From positions 81,435-117,045 of the IMG/VR virus record IMGVR_UViG_3300037067_014938: a stretch of DNA of 35,611 nt. The stretch is one strand, 5' to 3'. The notes under the pieces were generated by a model. It did no database searches and was not told where the DNA came from. It was given only the letters and a program-made list of their open reading frames with translations. Each line of letters starts with the position of its first letter. The stretch's first letter is position 1. Position numbers and translations under genes: made by a program. This document shows, one piece after another, positions 28,341 through 35,611 of the stretch. This DNA comes from a virus (lineage: Duplodnaviria; Heunggongvirae; Uroviricota; Caudoviricetes).

Positions 28341-31300
28341 TTATCGGACACTAACCCCAAAAATACTCAAAAGTTTAAGCCCCAATTTTTGCAACCAAGT
28401 CAAAGGTGCTTTCACAAGATAAGCAACGCTATCTCTCGTAACATTTCCACCCGTGTCCACGATAGCAACAACAAAATAAGCATTCCCGGTATCCTGAGAA
28501 CGCCATAAGTAATCCTTGACTTTTGTAATATATCTTACTTCTGATCCATAGGCTGTATCATAAATTGTTGTGTCAATGCCATATTGGTTATTAATTTTTA
28601 AAGTACACGAAGCTAACCGCTCTTCCGCGTTAGCATTTGCAGATGTGTCAGACATATAGGCTATTAGGGCATTAGAAATACCTGTTATAAAAGTATCTGT
28701 AACTGGTATGATGCTATCAATTACTGGAGGAACTGTATCAATATAATTTGCTTTAGTATGATAAAATACTTTAGTCATAAGATTATACGTTGTAGTGCTA
28801 CTCCATGATGGATTATTAGGTAATGTTCTTTCTTCAGGGGTTAAAAAACCTGAAAATAAATACTTTATAGGCTTATTGTTAGCTGTAGTATCTGAAATTG
28901 GCCAAAAATGAACCCCATATTGAGAATGAGAGGGTATTTCTGTGCTATCACCATATACCCACAAACCAACCCAATAATTTGTATTGGACTCCAATACAGT
29001 TGTTGGATCAAAAGAGTATCTCAATCTTTCAGGAATAGCATCACTAGTGCCGTTTGTTAAGGATGAATCTAATGATCTCGCCAAAGGTGTTTTAGGTGCT
29101 CCGGCAGTTCCATCACTCTTATAAATTGCATAATATACAGTATCAATGCCCACTCCGTTTGCACTACACCAAAGGGCAGAAGAATCTAAAAAGGCGGTAA
29201 CTCCAGCTGCAAATATTGGTGTAGTATATTTCCATAACCGTAATACACCTTTTGAGTTAAGTTGAGAACCCGGAGTTGTCCCACTATCTAATCTCCATCC
29301 AAAGTAATTAATGGTAGTATCAACCCAAATATAATTCATTATTCCCGTGCTATATACCGTTTTACTAACTTCTCCACAAGTAGGATCATCACTCCATACT
29401 CTTAGTTTAAATTTACCATTTTGAGTTGTATCATTTCTGGTAATTGTCCTTGTCATTATAGTATCACCGGTCGTAGGTTCACTTGTGTGATAATCAAATA
29501 CTATTGGGTATGTCACTCCACCATCCTTTGAAAACCATAATGTATCTGCAATAAAAGTAAGATCACCACTTAAGGTATAAGTTACAGTAGAAATAGCATC
29601 AACAGTATCAGTTCCGCCAATAGCATATGTTGTTAACGTTGGTGATACTATATTTGCCACACCAATTGTAATATCATTTGTGTCATATCTGGCACCACCA
29701 ACCGAATTAAATGCTTTAATTATCCAGTGTGACTCACCAACATCACTACAAATTGGAGTATAGGGAACAACGGTGTCTCCATTTACCATATCCCCCACAG
29801 CAGTGCATGTTCCAGAAAAGATATTATACTTTACTAATGAGTCATTAAAATAAACAGCTAATGAACAAATAGTATTATCGTCGTCTATACCAAAGGTAAT
29901 ATTCATTGCAGAATTAGCATTAGCAGAAGTAACAGTTCGATCTATAATAGTGGAAGGGCGAATTCCTTTTTTTGTTCCTATGAAAGCTTCGTAGGGGGTA
30001 AGAACAACTGAATTTACAGATGTGGCGGAAGTCTCACCATTAGCATTTATAGGATAATAATATTCTTCTAAAGAAACAGTTTTTTGAAAAGCAGTTCCAT
30101 ATGGAGCAATTGCGGTTCTTCCCCATCTTCCATCAGAACAAGTCATTAACAAAACTACGTTATTACTATCATCATAGTTACGTTGCCAAATATATAAATA
30201 AGTAGAATCCGTTTCTTTTGTATCTTCATTTCCTGCAATAGTTGTATCCCTTACCCAATTTCTATTTCCAAATGTGTATAATACGCGGGTGTACGCGTCG
30301 GGCAAGCCCAAGTCTACCTCGTAGATATTATACCAACGCAAAGAATCATTAAACCTCATAAAAGTTACGTATGCATTAGTATCTTGAACACAAGCAAAAA
30401 ATGCCAAATGGAGTTTAGAAATATCACCTATATGCCCCATAGCCCAGGTCGCAGTATCAGTTCCACTATTTGTTAGGTATCCAACGTCAGTAGGTATAGT
30501 CCAAACAACCATTTTATTTAGATGTTGTGCCATTGTGTCACCGTAGGCTAATAAGGTCAGCCATGAGGGAGCATTACTAGTCACTCCTATAGGATTTTCT
30601 AAAGAAACACCAGATACAAACGGAAGAGTAGCTGATAGCATAGCAACGTTAGACTTGTCTATATTGACGCACTGTCTAATTCTTGGTAGACCTCCTGCGG
30701 TGGTTGCTGCATCCAACCAACTTTGAATCATTGTGTCTATGGGACCAGTGGATTTATCAAAATATTTATATAATGAATCTTGATTACTTTCTATATTGGC
30801 TATTTCTTTCCAATCCATTTCTGAGGTAGGTCCACCCCTTGTTGAGTCAATCCGATAATAAGAATTAAGTCTTGGTGAGGCCGCGTTGCGGTATTGGTTA
30901 TCAGAGAAAAATCCTGTAGGTGGATGTGTGCCTATTCCTGGGCCTATAGCTTTTGCTGAATCTTCTATAAAATGCCGTACAAATGCATAAGCGATAGCCT
31001 TTTGAGTAGTTACACTGAACCCATTGGCTAGCCATTGATAACCCATTGGATATGCAAAGGTATCTGTATTAGTGTTATTAAAAAATTGATATGTAAATCG
31101 TGTTTCACTAGGATTTAATCCAGCTGTAAGAATTACTCTACTATAGTTTTCAGGAGCAGCTCCACGAGAACTATCACCATGTTGTTTAAGTGAAATCATA
31201 TCGTCAGCAATATGCACAACTAAGGTTTCAGCACGAGTAGAAACACCAGGAAGTACGGAATCAAGATAATGGGTAGCATAATCATACAACCAAGCATTAA

Positions 31301-31628
31301 CCGTATCGAGTTCTCTAGCATCAATCTGATTAAGTACTCCGGCATCACCATCATACAGATCAATTTCTTGTGATGAAGCATACGGGCCTACTATACAGGG
31401 CCAATTGTAAACTGCTGCCGTATCCCGTAAAGCATTCATTATAATAGGAGATCCGGCAATCATCCAATAACCCATATGACGGGATAACCACGCATAGTTA
31501 TAGTGATCCGCCTGAATGTAGCCATTTCCACCAAAACCAGATTTCCAAGGAGTGTCTCTATCTACGGCTCCAGTGATAGAGAATAAAAATAAACAAATAC
31601 CAAAAAGTATAATTAATTTTTTAAGCAT
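28341..31628 (-). CDS. Secreted multidomain protein: signal peptide, glycoside-hydrolase-like barrel, Ig-like domains, amphipathic C-terminus, 1095 aa
   Basis: MLKKLIILFGICLFLFSITGA signal. GFFSDN...GVSLEN...WQRNY pattern suggests a GH-like TIM barrel. Ig-like linkers (DTVPPVI) and C-terminal TWLQKLGLKLLSIFG. Confidence 0.65.
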   Translation of the reverse strand: MLKKLIILFGICLFLFSITGAVDRDTPWKSGFGGNGYIQADHYNYAWLSRHMGYWMIAGSPIIMNALRDTAAVYNWPCIVGPYASSQEIDLYDGDAGVLNQIDARELDTVNAWLYDYATHYLDSVLPGVSTRAETLVVHIADDMISLKQHGDSSRGAAPENYSRVILTAGLNPSETRFTYQFFNNTNTDTFAYPMGYQWLANGFSVTTQKAIAYAFVRHFIEDSAKAIGPGIGTHPPTGFFSDNQYRNAASPRLNSYYRIDSTRGGPTSEMDWKEIANIESNQDSLYKYFDKSTGPIDTMIQSWLDAATTAGGLPRIRQCVNIDKSNVAMLSATLPFVSGVSLENPIGVTSNAPSWLTLLAYGDTMAQHLNKMVVWTIPTDVGYLTNSGTDTATWAMGHIGDISKLHLAFFACVQDTNAYVTFMRFNDSLRWYNIYEVDLGLPDAYTRVLYTFGNRNWVRDTTIAGNEDTKETDSTYLYIWQRNYDDSNNVVLLMTCSDGRWGRTAIAPYGTAFQKTVSLEEYYYPINANGETSATSVNSVVLTPYEAFIGTKKGIRPSTIIDRTVTSANANSAMNITFGIDDDNTICSLAVYFNDSLVKYNIFSGTCTAVGDMVNGDTVVPYTPICSDVGESHWIIKAFNSVGGARYDTNDITIGVANIVSPTLTTYAIGGTDTVDAISTVTYTLSGDLTFIADTLWFSKDGGVTYPIVFDYHTSEPTTGDTIMTRTITRNDTTQNGKFKLRVWSDDPTCGEVSKTVYSTGIMNYIWVDTTINYFGWRLDSGTTPGSQLNSKGVLRLWKYTTPIFAAGVTAFLDSSALWCSANGVGIDTVYYAIYKSDGTAGAPKTPLARSLDSSLTNGTSDAIPERLRYSFDPTTVLESNTNYWVGLWVYGDSTEIPSHSQYGVHFWPISDTTANNKPIKYLFSGFLTPEERTLPNNPSWSSTTTYNLMTKVFYHTKANYIDTVPPVIDSIIPVTDTFITGISNALIAYMSDTSANANAEERLASCTLKINNQYGIDTTIYDTAYGSEVRYITKVKDYLWRSQDTGNAYFVVAIVDTGGNVTRDSVAYLVKAPLTWLQKLGLKLLSIFGVSVR

Positions 31629-32365
31629 TATCTTCCATTCCTGTTTGGTTTGCCATTGCGGTTCTGTTTACCGTTGATGTTGTCCTTAAAATTCCCCGGC
31701 GAAGCATAGACGTAGGTGATCGTCATATATGGGTCATTGGTTGTCCCGGTAGCATTTACGGAATAGAAGTTTATCATATGCCCTTTCGTTTCCGTCTTTA
31801 AGGCAAGGCGGACTCCTATAAAATTGGCAAGATTCCCTGTCACAACCGAATCCATGATTGCCGTCAAGGGTATTCGATACCACTTACCAGCAATAGTATC
31901 GGGAATAGCCTTTTTGATTCTCCAAGCCGATGAATAATCGTTCCCGTCACTACCACATCCGGCCGATGTCCAGTTGGTATCAGTCCGTCGTCGTGTCCAT
32001 GTAACTTGTGAGAGTACCCAGTCTTTAATAAGAACATCGGTATAGAATGTGTCGGTTGATGAGGCACTCAACCCGTAGCTCTTTCCTTTCACGAAAAGGG
32101 TGCAAGCTACTACGGAAGACGCATTATCCATGCTATCATTAAAGGTAGCCCCCCCGACGTAGAACCCCATAATAGTACGATATTTATATATATCATCAAC
32201 CAGCATCGCTCCAACAGCAAGAGTATCGACATTACTGTAGTTTGTGGTGGCATCTATACTATTCATGTAACTATCTTCGAGATAGTACGTCCGAGTTATA
32301 GTCGTGTCTGTCGCCCCAACCATACCATAGAGCAGAAGGACGGCAAATAGTAATCGCTTAATCAT
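31628..32365 (-). CDS. Secreted DNRLRE/CBM96-like domain protein, 245 aa
   Basis: MIKRLLFAVLLLYGMVGA signal. DNRLRE-like motifs EDSYM...TNYS...LAVG; YRTIMGF; W...VTW...W...G; FYS...DPYMTITY. RBS GAGGT. Confidence 0.75.
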   Translation of the reverse strand: MIKRLLFAVLLLYGMVGATDTTITRTYYLEDSYMNSIDATTNYSNVDTLAVGAMLVDDIYKYRTIMGFYVGGATFNDSMDNASSVVACTLFVKGKSYGLSASSTDTFYTDVLIKDWVLSQVTWTRRRTDTNWTSAGCGSDGNDYSSAWRIKKAIPDTIAGKWYRIPLTAIMDSVVTGNLANFIGVRLALKTETKGHMINFYSVNATGTTNDPYMTITYVYASPGNFKDNINGKQNRNGKPNRNGR

Positions 32366-35300
32366 AGTACCTCTTGCCGAACAAGACGATTCGTTTCATT
32401 TTCAGAAAATTCCCTGCCGCCGTATGTGCAATGACCCACTTGAAGGCAATCTCTTGACCGGCGGTGAAGGTATTGCCGATAGTAAATTTGGAACCAGCAC
32501 CCCATGATTCGCTCGCTCCAACATCTGATCCGCTACTACTCGCATGAACCGAATCGGCAAATACCGCTCCAGTCTTGGGAATGATGATGGCGAAACTGTC
32601 TACTACCGTTGTCGCGGAACTTCGATAAAATTTGATGCTATCGACAAGGACGTGGGCCTCAAAGGTGTAGGACGCGGCAACTGTGTCATGGATATTTGTT
32701 CCCACTATGCAGGTATCCATAAATGTCACCCAATCAGTACCAGAAAAGTACGGGAACGTGCATCGGGTAGAATCGTCTGTCCTCATATTTCCAAGTACAT
32801 TTCCTGCCGATAATTCACGTACCCAAGACGACGGGGAGGGCGTTCGCGGAGTTGGGCGAAATGGAACCTCCTTATACCCGGTATGCCAGATACTCGTCCC
32901 GGAAGAATCGTAAAGACCCGTGAACACAACCCCTAGAGTCATGTGCGACCCTTCATCAATTCCAAAGATTGACGACTGATATATGATGTCGTCCCACTTT
33001 CCGGCCGTTCCGTTCTTGATTAAAAGGCTATCCCCCTTTGTCCATGTCCACCCATGGTTACGGCTTTCCCATATCTCCCCTCCGGCAGAAGCACTCATTA
33101 CTGTAATAAACATTTGGTCATAAGCTGGTGCCCAAGCAGATAGATGGCTCGGTTGAATTGTCGCGGTGGAGCACGGCCCTTGGAATGTGAAAAATGTATC
33201 AAGAGTTTTCGACACAAACCGGTAGAGTGAGTCTGTACCTATTCGCCCTGTGACTGAATCCTTGTCGGTTGAAACAAACATTACATAAAGACTGCCGGTG
33301 TCCAGGACAATGGCCGGAGATTTCCAACGGCCGAACCGAGTAATCCTATGAAGTGTTCCCCACGTCACGCCGTCGTTACTCGTGCGGGCGAATATAGCTG
33401 ACATCGGAATGTTACCGACATTCCACGTCGCCCGGTAAAACAAACATAACTTTCCGTCTGCCGTTTGCAGAAGGCCGGGGTCAGATAGATAGGATGCCGC
33501 TTGATTGCATTTATGTGAATCTGCCGCTATACTCGTTGTATCATAATACCCGATGTTCGACCCACTGTGGAAATAGTAAATCGTATCCTCTATAAAATTT
33601 GTTGAACCGGCGGTATCTATCGGATTATGAAATGTGTCTACCGCATCCGGGCCGTACTTATTTGACCACCCCTTAGGGTTGGTAATATCATTGGAAACAT
33701 GGATAGTGGGGTTTTCCTCGGTATCAGAATTGATAAGTGGCGTTGTTACCAACCACCATTTCCAAGCCGATACCGTATCTGAATTGCGGGGAAATCCTTC
33801 AGGGAAATAAGCAATTCCCGGATGGACATGGCGGGAACTATCCCCCGTGGCCACAGTCAATTTTCGGGCAGATAGAGTAAAAAAGGTGTCCGTTCCATAG
33901 ACCACACTTGCCGGGATAATATCATCTAGGTTCCAACGGGTTTGGATGTTGTTTCTTCCGAAATGGCCAGAAACCGAAAGACCACCATTGACGTGGAGAT
34001 TTGATATATTCCCCGATCCCTCGCCTATATGGCCGTCAACCATCGCCTGTAAATCAGCATCCGTGGTATCGACAGTGGCAGTAGGTGTCTCCCATGTCGG
34101 AACCGATGACACGCCGTTAGATTTCAAGTATGTCCCTGATACCCCAAACGCTAATTCCTGAATCGAAGTAGCTGTTGCGTTAGAATAAAACATTCTCCAA
34201 GCTGTAGCATTTAAATAAGTTATTGGTGTATCCGAAACAGCGGCATTTGGAGTAGTAACCACAAAATCAAGAGTATTATCATCATCCTGATAGGTAACAG
34301 TAATCCCCGTTTCAGTGTTTCCAGTAGTCATTCCACCAACTTTATCAGATACCCATTCAACAATATTAGTTGTGTTAAGTTTTGTTGAATCAATACATGC
34401 TGTTGCTAAATGGCCATTTTTTATTGCACCGGCATCCAGACTAACAACACCGGCAGAGCCAAAATTAAAAATAGAATCAATAAAACTAGTAATACCCTTA
34501 TTAGTGGTAGATGCATCCTCTCCTGTTATTGTAATACCCCCAGCTGAATTAGTAATGTCTATTCCTTCACCTTCAGTTAATGTCGCTAAAACCGGATCAG
34601 TTGTTCCATCTCCTATTGGAATCTGACCATTCGTTGCGACGCCTAGAGCAGTTATTGCCCCAGTACCAGAACCTAATAATATTCCACCATCTGTAAATGT
34701 AGCTGCACCAGTACCGCCTTCATTAACATCCCAAGGATTAGCGGTATTTACAAGGTTGGCTTCTATTGTTCCATCTGCAATATCTGTCAATATTGCAGAA
34801 TAGGCCGTAAACTTAGTTTTAACAGTTGTTGTATCCCAATACTTGCCAAAGTAGCCGGTAAACGCACTATTGGTGGTATCTATCTTAGTTGCAGAATCAG
34901 CATGTTTAGCATATGTGACCGAGTCAGGGCCAAATGCTGAGCTGTCAGCCCAGTTCCATACAGCACCAGCCAACTCAAATTTAGTTTTAACAGTTGTTGT
35001 ATCCCAATACTTGCCAAAGTAGCCGGTAAACGCACTATTGGTGGTATCTATCTTAGTTGCAGAATCAGCATGTTTAGCATATGTGACCGAGTCAGGGCCA
35101 AATGCTGAGCTGTCAGCCCAGTTCCATACAGCACCAGCCAACTCAAATTTAGTTTTAACAGTTGTTGTATCCCAATACTTGCCAAAGTAGCCGGTAAACG
35201 CACTATTGGTGGTATCTATCTTAGTTGCAGAATCAGCATGTTTAGCATATGTTACCGAGTCAGGGCCAAATGCTGAGCTATCAGCCCAGTTCCATACAGC

Positions 35301-35611
35301 ACCAGCCAACTCAAATTTAGTTTTAACAGTTGTTGTATCCCAATACTTGCCAAAGTAGCCGGTAAACGCACTATTGGTGGTATCTATCTTAGTCGCAGAA
35401 TCGGCATGTTTAGCATATGTTACCGAGTCAGGGCCAAATGCTGAGCTGTCAGCCCAGTTCCATACAGCACCAGCCAACTCAAATTTAGTTTTAACAGTTG
35501 TTGTATCCCAATACTTGCCAAAGTAGCCGGTAAACGCACTATTGGTGGTATCTATCTTAGTTGCAGAATCAGCATGTTTAGCATATGTGACCGAGTCAGG
35601 GCCAAATGCTG
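32358..35611 (-). CDS. Fibre-like protein with 56-aa tandem repeats and C-terminal Asp-box (BNR) beta-propeller; 5' end outside the window
   Basis: The frame stays open to the window edge (the track start 35477 is an internal TTG Leu of the repeat). Fibre motifs GILLGSGTGAITALGVATNGQIPIGDGTTDPVLATLT and YLKSNGVSSVPTW. Asp-boxes RTSNDGVTW and ESRNHGWTW. Confidence 0.8.
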   Translation of the reverse strand, partial: AFGPDSVTYAKHADSATKIDTTNSAFTGYFGKYWDTTTVKTKFELAGAVWNWADSSAFGPDSVTYAKHADSATKIDTTNSAFTGYFGKYWDTTTVKTKFELAGAVWNWADSSAFGPDSVTYAKHADSATKIDTTNSAFTGYFGKYWDTTTVKTKFELAGAVWNWADSSAFGPDSVTYAKHADSATKIDTTNSAFTGYFGKYWDTTTVKTKFELAGAVWNWADSSAFGPDSVTYAKHADSATKIDTTNSAFTGYFGKYWDTTTVKTKFTAYSAILTDIADGTIEANLVNTANPWDVNEGGTGAATFTDGGILLGSGTGAITALGVATNGQIPIGDGTTDPVLATLTEGEGIDITNSAGGITITGEDASTTNKGITSFIDSIFNFGSAGVVSLDAGAIKNGHLATACIDSTKLNTTNIVEWVSDKVGGMTTGNTETGITVTYQDDDNTLDFVVTTPNAAVSDTPITYLNATAWRMFYSNATATSIQELAFGVSGTYLKSNGVSSVPTWETPTATVDTTDADLQAMVDGHIGEGSGNISNLHVNGGLSVSGHFGRNNIQTRWNLDDIIPASVVYGTDTFFTLSARKLTVATGDSSRHVHPGIAYFPEGFPRNSDTVSAWKWWLVTTPLINSDTEENPTIHVSNDITNPKGWSNKYGPDAVDTFHNPIDTAGSTNFIEDTIYYFHSGSNIGYYDTTSIAADSHKCNQAASYLSDPGLLQTADGKLCLFYRATWNVGNIPMSAIFARTSNDGVTWGTLHRITRFGRWKSPAIVLDTGSLYVMFVSTDKDSVTGRIGTDSLYRFVSKTLDTFFTFQGPCSTATIQPSHLSAWAPAYDQMFITVMSASAGGEIWESRNHGWTWTKGDSLLIKNGTAGKWDDIIYQSSIFGIDEGSHMTLGVVFTGLYDSSGTSIWHTGYKEVPFRPTPRTPSPSSWVRELSAGNVLGNMRTDDSTRCTFPYFSGTDWVTFMDTCIVGTNIHDTVAASYTFEAHVLVDSIKFYRSSATTVVDSFAIIIPKTGAVFADSVHASSSGSDVGASESWGAGSKFTIGNTFTAGQEIAFKWVIAHTAAGNFLKMKRIVLFGKRYYD
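34809..35611. repeat. Intragenic tandem repeat, 168-bp unit, at least 4.8 copies
   Basis: Anchor CAGCACCAGC recurs at 34961, 35129, 35297 and 35465. Units differ at five positions only. Confidence 0.98.

Larger units (their letters stand above)
1..35611 (-). mobile_element. Tailed phage/prophage head-neck-tail module (siphovirus-like), incomplete at both ends
   Basis: Canonical order protease/scaffold, decoration, capsid, adaptor, closure, tail completion, tube, chaperone with frameshift, tape measure, tail tip. Co-oriented genes with TAATG-type overlaps. No sheath gene recognised. Confidence 0.95.

Noticed and set aside
32544-34626. Plus-strand ORFs within and beside the GC-rich segment
   Set aside because: Higher GC lowers stop-codon frequency. 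They overlap a well-supported minus-strand gene and show no motifs.
34809-35611. Tandem repeat as a CRISPR array or a DGR template/variable repeat
   Set aside because: There are no unique spacers, and the units are in-frame coding repeats. Differences are synonymous and not adenine-specific, and no reverse transcriptase is present in the window.
936-35611. Inteins, introns or stop-codon reassignment in the structural genes
   Set aside because: The ORFs are long and tile the region under the standard code. I saw no intein or homing-endonuclease motifs and no unexplained gaps.

Overview
This window is the virion morphogenesis region of a tailed dsDNA phage or prophage. No tail sheath or baseplate wedge gene is visible, so it is probably a siphovirus. 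Almost every gene lies on the minus strand as one tightly coupled operon. Read from the right end, it encodes: four extracellular-type proteins (a repeat-rich fibre with an Asp-box propeller, 5'-truncated by the window edge, then three proteins with Sec-type signal peptides), two small proteins, a GT2-TPR glycosyltransferase, a prohead protease/scaffold with a nested scaffold start, a putative head decoration protein, the major capsid protein, head-tail joining proteins, the tail tube, a tRNA-Asn(GTT) behind a structured leader, a tail assembly chaperone with a -1 frameshift, the tape measure protein and three tail-tip proteins. A XerC/D-like tyrosine recombinase on the plus strand converges on the end of the operon. 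No terminase, portal or lysis gene was recognised in the window. The most unusual signal is at 27691-35611. These phage proteins carry signal peptides and are about 5-6-fold enriched (hand count) in the D-(S/T)-(A/I/L/V/M/T) O-glycosylation sequon known from Bacteroidota, and they sit next to a phage glycosyltransferase. This suggests phage proteins exported for glycosylation in the host periplasm. All product calls come from motif recognition and gene order, not database searches.
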